DNA of 21,486 bases. It comes from Occultella glacieicola. Its GTDB lineage: Bacteria; Actinomycetota; Actinomycetes; Actinomycetales; Beutenbergiaceae. The notes beneath the pieces are model-generated. The model had not been told where the DNA came from. It did not search any database and was given only the letters and a program-made list of their open reading frames with translations. A program made the translations under genes and the position numbers. Where the stretch lies: NCBI RefSeq assembly GCF_004353825.1, contig NZ_SMNA01000005.1, positions 496,001-517,486 on the forward strand. The letters run 5' to 3'. Positions within the stretch are counted from its first letter, which is position 1; each line of letters begins with the position of its first letter. Below are positions 1 to 7,855 of the stretch, one piece after another.

Positions 1-1295
1 TGGACGTCTTCCTCGCCGGTCTGGATGCGTTCCATCGCGGGCGAGATCACCTTGTCGATGTCCTCGTAGTTCTTCATCCTCTCGGCGAAGTACCGCGTGG
101 AGCTCGAGACCGCGTAGTCCACGACCGCGGTGCGGTACTCCTCGGGGTGCGCGTCGTTGTCGATCCAGACCTTCACGAGGTCGTCGTCGGTGTAGTACTT
201 CTCCTCGACCGGCATCCACAGCCCTGACGAGAACAGGCTGACCACCGACGGGTCGGACTGGTAGGTGTACAGCTCCAGCGCCTCGTCGAGATGCTCGGTC
301 TCCGTGGAGATGCCGATCGCGCCACCCATCGACGCCGTCGAGGGTGTTCCGTAACTCGGGAGCACCCCGATGCCGTACTCGAAGTCGGCCCCGCTGATGT
401 CCAGCAGCGCCCACTGCCCGTCGATCGCCATCCCGAGGCGATCGGAGGCGAGTTGCGCCGCGGTCGACGGCGCATTGTTACCGAGCTGTGTGGGTGAGGG
501 GGCCACCCGGTGCACGTGCATGAGGTCGACCAGGTTCTGCAGCACCTCCACCGCCTCCGGGCTGTTGAGCAGGGTGGTCGTGCCGGACTCGTCGACGACG
601 TCGACGCCGTTGCTCAGCAGCAGCCCGTACCAGGCGGCCGACCACATGTTCGCCAACGTCCCGAACCGGGCCACCTGGGTGGTGTCGAACCCGTCCTCGT
701 CGGGTCGGCGCCCGCTCTGGTCCACGGTGAGCCGGTACGCCGCCTCGACGAACGCGTCCCAGTTCCAGGCACCGTCGGCCGTGACCGGCGGCAGTTCGAT
801 CCCGGCTTCGGAGAAGGCCTTCTTGTTGGTGAACAGGCACATGATCTCGAGTGCGGCCGGTGTGCCGAAGGTCTGGGTCTCGCTCCAGTAGTTGTACGCC
901 TCCGGGAGCCGCTCGCCGATGCCCGGATAGTCGTCGAAGTACGGGGCGAGGTCGAGCAACCTGTCCTGTTCGGCCAGCCGGTAGGCCATCGGGTTGTTGA
1001 TGTAGGCGACGTCGGGCATCCGGTCGGACGCGATCAGGGCGTTGAGCTTGGTGTCGTAGTCGTCCGGCGTGTACAGCGGCTCGACCGTCAGGTCGACGTC
1101 CTCGGGCAGCGTGGTCTGGAAGCTGGAGAGCATGCCCTCGACCGCCTCCTGTTCCGCGGTCGACCCCCAGAACATGTACTGCATCTTGGGGCCGCCTGAG
1201 CTGCAGGCGACGAGGGAGCCGCCGACGGCGGTTCCCAGCGCGGCGACGCCGCCGAGACGGAGCACGTCTCGGCGGTTGAGGAAGATCGGCTTCAT
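1..1295 (-). CDS. Sugar ABC transporter solute-binding lipoprotein (family 1 type), Tat signal; 3' end runs off the window
   Basis: Not in the ORF track (no stop in window). ATG at 1295 with AAGGAG at 1303-1308. Manual translation MKPIFLNRRDVLRLGGVAALGTAVGGSLVACSSGG...YDTKLNALIASDRMPDVAY...WNWDAFVEAAYRLT...GMAIDGQWAL; frame open to position 3. Twin-arginine NRRDVL and lipobox LVAC. Confidence 0.92.
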   Translation of the reverse strand, partial: MKPIFLNRRDVLRLGGVAALGTAVGGSLVACSSGGPKMQYMFWGSTAEQEAVEGMLSSFQTTLPEDVDLTVEPLYTPDDYDTKLNALIASDRMPDVAYINNPMAYRLAEQDRLLDLAPYFDDYPGIGERLPEAYNYWSETQTFGTPAALEIMCLFTNKKAFSEAGIELPPVTADGAWNWDAFVEAAYRLTVDQSGRRPDEDGFDTTQVARFGTLANMWSAAWYGLLLSNGVDVVDESGTTTLLNSPEAVEVLQNLVDLMHVHRVAPSPTQLGNNAPSTAAQLASDRLGMAIDGQWALLDISGADFEYGIGVLPSYGTPSTASMGGAIGISTETEHLDEALELYTYQSDPSVVSLFSSGLWMPVEEKYYTDDDLVKVWIDNDAHPEEYRTAVVDYAVSSSTRYFAERMKNYEDIDKVISPAMERIQTGEEDV

Positions 1296-1348
1296 TGTCG
1301 GGCTCCTTGCGGGTGGGTGTGCGAGGGGTGGGATCTTCCTGACGAGCG

Positions 1349-2338
1349 TCAGGAGGTTGTGGCGACCGGCACGCGCCGCCCGGTCTCGAAGGATGCGATC
1401 GCCGCGTGGGCCAGCTCGAGTGCACGGCGCCCGGCACGTGCGTGGATCGGTGGTGGGTCGCCGGCGCGCAGCGCCGAGAGCAGGTGCTCGACGTGTCGGT
1501 CGAACGTCCCGTGGAAGCGACGCGCCTCGTCGTCGAAGTAGCCCGCCTCCCAGACGCGGCGCTCCGCGTTCCCGGCTCGGGCGACCTCGAGACGACGGAC
1601 GGTGTCGTGGATCGTCAGGCGGCCGTCGGTCCCGTTGACCTCGACGAGCTGGCTGTCCGGATAGGCGTAGGAGGTGTCGTAGCTGCCCAGCATGGTGGCG
1701 ACCACGCCGTCGGCGAGTTCCAGCGCCAGCGCGATCGTGCTGTAGTCGCCGTACGTGGCGTCGGTCATCTGGGCCGCGACGGACACCACCGGACCGGCGA
1801 GGTGCTCGATCATGTCGAAGCCGTGGCACTGGGTCTCGATGAGGTTGGCGTGCCGCGAGGTGCCGTGGTTGGCCTCACCTCCGAACCGCCAGGTGACGAA
1901 GACCAGCCGCCCCAGCTCGCCGGCGTCGATCGCGGCTTTCGCGCGCTGCACGGGCTCGGCGTACCGGTGGTTGAAGTTGATCGCGAAGAAGCTGCCCGAC
2001 GCCTCCGCCGCGTCGAGCAACGTGTCCGCCTCACCGAGGTCGAACACGAGCGGCTTCTCGACCAGCAGGTCGACGCCCGCGTCCACCAGTTGCCGGGTGA
2101 CCTCGAAATGTCCCTCGTTGGGCAGGCACACGGTGACGAGGTCGGGGCGCTCCCGCTCCAGCATGCGGTCGAGGTCGGTGTAGGCGTGGGTGTCGAATTC
2201 ATCCGCACGGCGGGTGACGCGTCCCGGGTCGCGACCCACGACCGCGACGAGTTCGGTGTCCGGGCGGCCGGCGAAGATCCGTGCGTGCTGGGTGCCCCAG
2301 GTTCCGGCGCCCACGACCGCCACCTTGAGCGCGCTCAC
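1349..2338 (-). CDS. Gfo/Idh/MocA family NAD(P)-dependent oxidoreductase
   Basis: N-terminal VAVVGAGTWG Rossmann motif, LVEKPL, NFNHRY; GTG start overlaps the upstream stop (GTGA, 2335-2338). Confidence 0.92.
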   Translation of the reverse strand: MSALKVAVVGAGTWGTQHARIFAGRPDTELVAVVGRDPGRVTRRADEFDTHAYTDLDRMLERERPDLVTVCLPNEGHFEVTRQLVDAGVDLLVEKPLVFDLGEADTLLDAAEASGSFFAINFNHRYAEPVQRAKAAIDAGELGRLVFVTWRFGGEANHGTSRHANLIETQCHGFDMIEHLAGPVVSVAAQMTDATYGDYSTIALALELADGVVATMLGSYDTSYAYPDSQLVEVNGTDGRLTIHDTVRRLEVARAGNAERRVWEAGYFDDEARRFHGTFDRHVEHLLSALRAGDPPPIHARAGRRALELAHAAIASFETGRRVPVATTS

Positions 2339-3348
2339 GCGGGCACCTGCTGGGTGACGACGACCTTGCCGCTTCGTCCGGACAGGAACAGCTCGAAGGC
2401 CGCCGGCAGTTCGGTCACGTCGACGGTGTGGGTCACGATCGCGGACAGGTAGTCGAGGTTGTCGCGCAGGGCTTGCAGGTTCTGCGGCATCTCGTCGTAC
2501 CGGAAGTACTCGCTGCCGAGCACCGCACGCTCGGGGGCGATCAGGTCACGCGAGACGTCGATGCCGAGGCCTTCGCCGTGGCCGACGCAGATGAGTGCGC
2601 CGCGCTGGCTCAGGGACCGCAGCGCGGTCTCACGGGCGACCGTCCTCCCGGACGAGTCGAACGCGACATCCGGCTGCAGGGCGAGAATGCCGGCCTCGTC
2701 GCGGGCGTCGACGGGCCGCGCGCCAAGCCGGTCGGCCAGGTCGAGGCGGAACTCGCTGACGTCGCTCACGTAGACCGGGAAGTCGTGGCCGTATCGGACC
2801 TTCGTCATCGCGACCAGTCCGAGACCGATCGGACCGGCCCCCACGACCAGGACGCTCTGCGTGTCCGCGCGCACCAGCTCGGCCCGCCGCAGGGCGTGGG
2901 TGCTCGTCCCCATGACGTCCAACAGCATGGTCGCGGCGACGAGGGAGACGTCCTCGGTCACCGGGAAGAAGTTCGTCTCGTGCACGATCGCGAACGGCCC
3001 GTACCCGCCGTCGGACGTCTGTCCCACGTCCTGTCGCTTGGCCGAGCACTGGTTGGTGGCCCCGACCGCGCAGGAGCGGCACTGGCCGCAGTAGTCCATG
3101 AGGTAGATCGCACCGCGGGTCCCGATCGGCACCGTGGTTGCGGGCCCGGCGGCCTCCACGACCCCGGCGGCCTCGTGGCCCGGGACGATGTCGACACCCT
3201 CCAGGTACTCCTTGCGGTCGGTGCCGCAGATCGCGTTCGCCCCGATCCGGACCCGAAGTTCGCCGGGTCCGGGATCGCGGTAGACATGATCGGCGACACG
3301 GATGCGACCGGCTCCGTCGAAGTGGGGTGCAGGCGCGGTGATGCTCAC
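2335..3348 (-). CDS. Zinc-binding medium-chain (MDR) alcohol/sugar dehydrogenase
   Basis: ICGTD, GHEAAG, structural-Zn CGQCRSC-x7-C, GAGPIG followed by SDVS (Asp suggests NAD); AAGGGG upstream of GTG. Confidence 0.92.
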   Translation of the reverse strand: MSITAPAPHFDGAGRIRVADHVYRDPGPGELRVRIGANAICGTDRKEYLEGVDIVPGHEAAGVVEAAGPATTVPIGTRGAIYLMDYCGQCRSCAVGATNQCSAKRQDVGQTSDGGYGPFAIVHETNFFPVTEDVSLVAATMLLDVMGTSTHALRRAELVRADTQSVLVVGAGPIGLGLVAMTKVRYGHDFPVYVSDVSEFRLDLADRLGARPVDARDEAGILALQPDVAFDSSGRTVARETALRSLSQRGALICVGHGEGLGIDVSRDLIAPERAVLGSEYFRYDEMPQNLQALRDNLDYLSAIVTHTVDVTELPAAFELFLSGRSGKVVVTQQVPA

Positions 3349-3430
3349 TCGGGGTCCCCTTCCAGGGTGTCGCGATCCGCCGGCCGACCCTGGTCGGGCC
3401 GCCGTTGCGTGGGTGGACGTCGAGGGTGGG

Positions 3431-5326
3431 TCAGGCGTCCATCGGCAGCCAGACCTTCATGGGTCCGATCTCGCGGTTGGCCCACATGAAGTACGGGACG
3501 GCGACCACCCGGCCGACGTCACCGTCGGGCAGGTTGCGCGCGGGTGCCGTGACGACCGGGATGCCGCCGAACAGGTCGTCGCGCCACTCCTCGGACAGGT
3601 CGGTCGAGGTCAGCGCGACGTCATCGACCCGTAGACCGGCGTCCTGGTCGACGTGCTCGATCGCGTAGACGAGCGGACCGCGCTCGATCGCGACGCTTCC
3701 GCGGACGGCATCGACCCGGTGATGCCCTTGCGTGGCCCGTGGCGCCATCGGCAGCACCAGCCGCACCACATCACCGGCGCGCCAGGTCCTCCGCACCCGG
3801 GCGTACTCACCCGGCGCGACGGGCACCGGGTCCCCCACCACCTCGAGCGTGGCACCCGCGGCCCACCCGGGCACCCTGAGGCTGAGCTCGACCTCGGCCC
3901 CGGGGGCGTCATCGACGATGAACTCGAGGTCGCCCCGCCAGGGATAGTCCGAGACCATCCGCACCTGCAGGCCACCACCGCGGACCGTGGCCGTGCCGTA
4001 CTGGTGGATCTGCAGCCCGGACTCCGTCGACGTCGCGACATAGTGGTGCCAGGACGCGAGCGTGCGCATCAGGTTGGTGGGGCAGCACGAACAGCCGAAC
4101 CACTCCTGCCGGCCGGCCGCACCCATCCGGTCGTCGTAGGGGATCGCACCCTCGCGCACCTGGAGTGTGTTGACGTAGAAGTACCGGTCACCGTCGAGCG
4201 TCACCCCCGAGAGCACGGCGTTGTAGAGCTGCCGTTCGATGAGGTCGGCGTACTTGGCCTCGCCCGTCGCCAGGAGCAGCCGCCAGCTCCACTGGATGCT
4301 GGCGATCGCCGCGCAGGTCTCGCCGTACCCCCGGTCGGACGGCAGCTCATACGGATCACCGAAGGCCTCACCCTCCCAGCGTGCGCCGAGACTGCCGTTG
4401 ACGTACATCTTCGCCTCGACCATGTTGTCCCACTGACGGCGCACGGCGGCGAAGAGGTCCACGTCGCCGGTCTCGACCGCGACGTCTGTGGCACCCGCTG
4501 CGAGGTAGACGGCTCGGACGGCGTGACCCTCCGGGTAGACCGTGTCGCGAACCGGTATCCGGTCGCTGAAGTAGACGGACGTCCATCCCTGCCAGGTGGG
4601 GTCGGTCAGCGTGCCGTGACCGCGCACCTCGACGAAGTAGGACGCGAGGTCGAGGTACCGGCGCTGGCCGGTCACCCGGTAGAGCTCGACCAGCGCCATC
4701 TCCACGAGCGGGTGACCGCAGGTCTCGCGGCGCTTGTCGAAGCCGAAGGTGGCGTCGAGGTGGTCGGCCGCCCTGCGGGCCACCTCGAGCAGGTCGGGCG
4801 ACCCCGAGGCCCGGTAGCGCGCGACGGCCGCCTGGATCATCGTCGCCATGTTGAAGATCTCGTGGTCGTAGGAGATCCATTCGTAGCGATCCCGCTTGCC
4901 GGCGATCTGGTTGAACGTGGAAAGGTAGCCGTCGGGCGCCTGGGCCGAGGCGACCAGTTCGATATAGCGCTCGAGCCACCCGGCCAGTTGCTCGTCATCG
5001 GAGCGGCCGTGCTCCCAGGCGGTCGCCTCCAACCACTTGAACGCCTCGCCGTCCTCGAACACCGGCCCGTGGTACGGCCGGCCGGCTGTACCGTCGGCCG
5101 CGTTCGCGAAGTTCGTCCAGGCCTGCTGACCATCGAGGTGCTGCTGCCCGCGAACGATCGAGGTGGTGGCGTTCTCCTGCTGGAGCCGACCGAGGAAACC
5201 GTCCGTCAGCCGGACGTCGGCGAAGCCCAGCGGCGTCAGCACCGTGGTGGCTCGGGGTTGGACCGGTCCCCCTCCGACGCCCTGGGCATCGACGGTCGTG
5301 ATGGTCAGGTCGGACTGAACGGACAC
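3431..5326 (-). CDS. Glycoside hydrolase family 127 (beta-L-arabinofuranosidase-like), cytoplasmic
   Basis: GHAVRAVY, GEAF, YGETCAAIA, CSCCPTN, RGPLVYA, VPYFMWANR motifs as in HypBA1-type GH127. Start moved from 5680 (which overlaps lacI) to GTG 5326 with GGGAG upstream, giving 631 aa; no signal peptide evident. Confidence 0.92.
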   Translation of the reverse strand: MSVQSDLTITTVDAQGVGGGPVQPRATTVLTPLGFADVRLTDGFLGRLQQENATTSIVRGQQHLDGQQAWTNFANAADGTAGRPYHGPVFEDGEAFKWLEATAWEHGRSDDEQLAGWLERYIELVASAQAPDGYLSTFNQIAGKRDRYEWISYDHEIFNMATMIQAAVARYRASGSPDLLEVARRAADHLDATFGFDKRRETCGHPLVEMALVELYRVTGQRRYLDLASYFVEVRGHGTLTDPTWQGWTSVYFSDRIPVRDTVYPEGHAVRAVYLAAGATDVAVETGDVDLFAAVRRQWDNMVEAKMYVNGSLGARWEGEAFGDPYELPSDRGYGETCAAIASIQWSWRLLLATGEAKYADLIERQLYNAVLSGVTLDGDRYFYVNTLQVREGAIPYDDRMGAAGRQEWFGCSCCPTNLMRTLASWHHYVATSTESGLQIHQYGTATVRGGGLQVRMVSDYPWRGDLEFIVDDAPGAEVELSLRVPGWAAGATLEVVGDPVPVAPGEYARVRRTWRAGDVVRLVLPMAPRATQGHHRVDAVRGSVAIERGPLVYAIEHVDQDAGLRVDDVALTSTDLSEEWRDDLFGGIPVVTAPARNLPDGDVGRVVAVPYFMWANREIGPMKVWLPMDA

Positions 5327-5393
5327 GGTGCTCCCGGTGAGAAATTGCGTGCTTCGGCGGACGGCTGCGGCCCTCCAGCGGGCCGTGACGCAC

Positions 5394-5423
5394 ACTCTGG
5401 CACGACCACGGCAACAAGCGCAA
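5394..5423 (-). promoter_or_regulatory. Putative sigma70-type promoter of the GH127 operon
   Basis: Minus strand TTGCGC (5423-5418) - 18 nt - CAGAGT (5399-5394). Confidence 0.45.
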
Positions 5424-5426
5424 CAT

Positions 5427-5512
5427 GTTTCCGAAATTTCCGCATATGCGATGGGACGGGGAGTCGCGCCTGATCCGCGACCGGCGCAGGAGGGGCTAGA
5501 GTTTCCGGAAAC
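5427..5512. promoter_or_regulatory. Candidate LacI operators and lacI -10 element
   Basis: Perfect palindrome GTTTCCGGAAAC (5501-5512) overlapping TAGAGT (5497-5502); related GTTTCCGAAATTTC at 5427-5440 next to the operon -35. Confidence 0.55.
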
Positions 5513-5525
5513 AGAGAGGTACGAC

Positions 5526-6545
5526 GTGGCCGAACCGCACCGCCGCACGACGATCCGTGATGTCGCGGCACGAGCTGGCGTGTCCCCAGGAACAGTCTCC
5601 AAGGCCCTGAACGGGACCGGACAGATCAGCACCGAGACCCGCCAGCGCATCCTCGCCGCGGCCGCGGAGACCGGGTTCAAGCCGAACGAGCTCGCACGCA
5701 GCGTGTTCGAGCGGCGCAGCTACACGGTCGGGATGATCACGACCGACAGCTTCGAGCGGTTCAGCGTCCCGGTCATGCTCGGCGCGGAGGATGCACTGGG
5801 CGCCGGCCGGATCTCGGTCTTCCTGTGCGACAGTCGCGACGACCCGATCCGCGAGAAGCACTACATCGACGTGCTGCAGGGGCGGCGGGTCGACGGCTTC
5901 ATCGTGACCGGCCGCAGCTCGAACGTGCGGCAGCCGCTCAACGTCGAGCCCGGGACACCCGTGGTCTACGCGCTCACACCGTCGGCCGATCCGGCCGACT
6001 GCTCGATCGTCGTGGACGACGCCGCCGCGGGGCGGATCGCCGGCGAGCACTTCCTGCGGATGGGGCGCACCCGGATCGCACACGTGACCGGCCCCGAGCA
6101 CTTCGACGCGGCCCGCGAGCGGGCCGGTGGCCTGCTCGACGCGCTCACCGACGCCGGCGCCGCGCTGGTCGCGCCCACGTTCTACGGCGGCTGGGGCGAG
6201 GAGTGGGGGCGGCAGGCCGGGCAGATGCTGCTGCGTGCCCACCCCGAGGTCGACGCGATCTACTGTGGCAGCGACCTCGTCGCCCGCGGCGTCGGCGACA
6301 GCATGCGCGAACTCGGCCGGCACGTGCCGCGCGATGTCGCGCTCATCGGCACCGACAACTGGGAGATCGTCGCGACCGGCGCCCGCCCCCCGCTCACGAC
6401 CGTGGACACCGGCCTGTCCGAGGTCGGCCGGATCGCCGCCGAGCGGCTCCTCGACGCGATCGCGGGCCGCCCGCACTCCGGCGTCGAGCGTGTCGCCCCA
6501 CATCTGGTCATCCGCGGCTCGACCGATGCCACGGGCGCGGTCTGA
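5526..6545 (+). CDS. LacI family transcriptional regulator
   Basis: HTH TTIRDVAARAGVSPGTVSKALN, GFKPNELAR hinge, PPLTTV C-terminal motif; GTG 5526 preceded by GAGAGG. Confidence 0.95.
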   Translation: MAEPHRRTTIRDVAARAGVSPGTVSKALNGTGQISTETRQRILAAAAETGFKPNELARSVFERRSYTVGMITTDSFERFSVPVMLGAEDALGAGRISVFLCDSRDDPIREKHYIDVLQGRRVDGFIVTGRSSNVRQPLNVEPGTPVVYALTPSADPADCSIVVDDAAAGRIAGEHFLRMGRTRIAHVTGPEHFDAARERAGGLLDALTDAGAALVAPTFYGGWGEEWGRQAGQMLLRAHPEVDAIYCGSDLVARGVGDSMRELGRHVPRDVALIGTDNWEIVATGARPPLTTVDTGLSEVGRIAAERLLDAIAGRPHSGVERVAPHLVIRGSTDATGAV

Positions 6546-6570
6546 CGCCGAGCCGGTTCGGGCTGGCGTC
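6544..6570. terminator. GC-rich hairpin between convergent lacI and hydrolase genes
   Basis: GACGCC(G)AGCC-ggttcg-GGCTGGCGTC; no U-tract. Confidence 0.35.
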
Positions 6571-6599
6571 CGGGACGCCGCCGATCTCGATCCGCGACG

Positions 6600-7532
6600 T
6601 CACCCGCCCGGCGTCCCTCCGCCGTCCGGCTTCGGCTTCGCGGGCGGGTGCAGCGTGCCCCGGTGGATCTCGTAGACCGACGCGGTTCCGGGTGAGTCCG
6701 GGTCGTCGACGATGGGCTCATCCCTCATGAACAGCCTGATGGCGTGGGCGAGCTCACCCGGGTGGCTGAAGTTGATCGCGTGCGCGGCACCCTGGATGAG
6801 GACCACGAGCACATGGTTGTCGGTCTGCGCGGCGACCTCCTGGACGCGCGCCGGACCCGGCAGCAGCGGGTCGCGGTCGCCGAGCACCACCAGCGTCGGG
6901 ATGGTCAGTTCGAGCAGCCGCTCGAGCGTCGGGTACCGGGTGAGGGCCCGGAACAGTCGGATCGTGCTCGGCACGCCGAAACGCAGATAGTCCGGTGTCG
7001 CCACGCCGAGCATCCTGGCCGGCTCCCGTCCGCCGTCCCTCGTGAGCTGCCCGATCGCGCGTCGCAGCGGCTGGTTCGCGATGCCGCCGGCAGGCGAGAC
7101 CAGAACGGCGCGATCCAGGCGCTCGGGGTACCGATGCGCGAACTCGCAGATGACGGGGCACCCCATCGAATTGCCCACCAGCGTGGTCGACGTGACGCCT
7201 CGGTCGTCGAGGAAGCCGGCCGCAGCGTGAGCCAGATCGGGCACGTCGAACGGACGACTGGGGCGTCCGCTGCGCCCGAAGCCGGGCAGATCCGGCACAT
7301 AGGTGAGGAACTCGTCGGAGAGCAGTTCGGCGGTCGGCAGCAGATAGCGGCCGGAGAGCCCGAATCCGTGCAGGTGCGTCATCACCGGCGCGCCCTCGGC
7401 ATTGCGCGACGTGCGATAGAACACGTCGACCCCGTCGACCGTGGTCCACGTGTCGGTCAGGCCGGAGGCGGGCCGCCGCGGATGCCGTCGCGCGCGGTGA
7501 CGATAACTCGCCCTCTCGGGATTTGCGCGCAT
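6600..7532 (-). CDS. Alpha/beta fold hydrolase
   Basis: HLHGFG, PDLPGFGRS, nucleophile GNSMG, GDRD acid, GAAHAINF His. Start set at ATG 7532 (GGGAG upstream) rather than 7598. Confidence 0.9.
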   Translation of the reverse strand: MRANPERASYRHRARRHPRRPASGLTDTWTTVDGVDVFYRTSRNAEGAPVMTHLHGFGLSGRYLLPTAELLSDEFLTYVPDLPGFGRSGRPSRPFDVPDLAHAAAGFLDDRGVTSTTLVGNSMGCPVICEFAHRYPERLDRAVLVSPAGGIANQPLRRAIGQLTRDGGREPARMLGVATPDYLRFGVPSTIRLFRALTRYPTLERLLELTIPTLVVLGDRDPLLPGPARVQEVAAQTDNHVLVVLIQGAAHAINFSHPGELAHAIRLFMRDEPIVDDPDSPGTASVYEIHRGTLHPPAKPKPDGGGTPGG

Positions 7533-7585
7533 GTGGGCTCCCGTCAGTCGCCGAAACGAGCGCACGGCGACCGCCCGGTGTGAGG

Positions 7586-7614
7586 AAAATCCCATCATCC
7601 TGGCCCGATGTCAA
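7586..7614 (-). promoter_or_regulatory. Putative promoter of the alpha/beta hydrolase
   Basis: Minus strand consensus TTGACA (7614-7609) - 17 nt - GATTTT (7591-7586). Confidence 0.5.
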
Positions 7615-7630
7615 GGTGTCCCCCCGCGGC

Positions 7631-7675
7631 ACGAAGACGGCCCCGGGCACCGACCAAGATCGGTGCCCGGGGCCG
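7631..7675 (-). terminator. Intrinsic terminator of tRNA-Thr
   Basis: Perfect 16-bp stem CGGCCCCGGGCACCGA (7638-7653) / TCGGTGCCCGGGGCCG (7660-7675), 6-nt loop, followed on the minus strand by TCTTCGT; 9 nt from the tRNA 3' end. Confidence 0.85.
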
Positions 7676-7684
7676 CTTGGCCGG

Positions 7685-7757
7685 AGCCGCCTCAGGGAAT
7701 CGAACCCTGGACCTTCTCATTACGAGTGAGACGCTCTGCCGACTGAGCTAAGGCGGC
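7685..7757 (-). tRNA. tRNA-Thr(CGT), 73 nt, CCA not fully encoded (followed by CCG)
   Basis: GCCGCCTTAGCTCAGTCGGCAGAGCGTCTCACTCGTAATGAGAAGGTCCAGGGTTCGATTCCCTGAGGCGGCT: acceptor GCCGCCT/AGGCGGC, anticodon stem TCTCA/TGAGA around CT-CGT-AA, T-loop GTTCGATT. Confidence 0.98.
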
Positions 7758-7792
7758 GGATGCCCGCGCGGGTGGAGCCGCGGGGCGCGCCC

Positions 7793-7822
7793 ACTGTACC
7801 TGCCGCCGTCGGCGTTCGCCAA
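7793..7822 (-). promoter_or_regulatory. Putative tRNA promoter
   Basis: Minus strand TTGGCG (7822-7817) - 18 nt - TACAGT (7798-7793), then a GC-rich discriminator. Confidence 0.6.
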
Positions 7823-7855
7823 AACGGCCACGTCGTGCCACCGGCCCGGCAGTGG

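Noticed and set aside
1216..1224. GGAGCCGCC match to the tRNA-Thr 3' end as an att site
   Set aside because: Only 9 bp, GC-rich, inside the SBP coding sequence; no integrase.
5327..5680. N-terminal extensions of GH127 (to 5680) and LacI (from 5328) implying head-to-head overlap
   Set aside because: Both genes have better internal starts with SD sequences (5326, 5526); the extensions cover promoter DNA.
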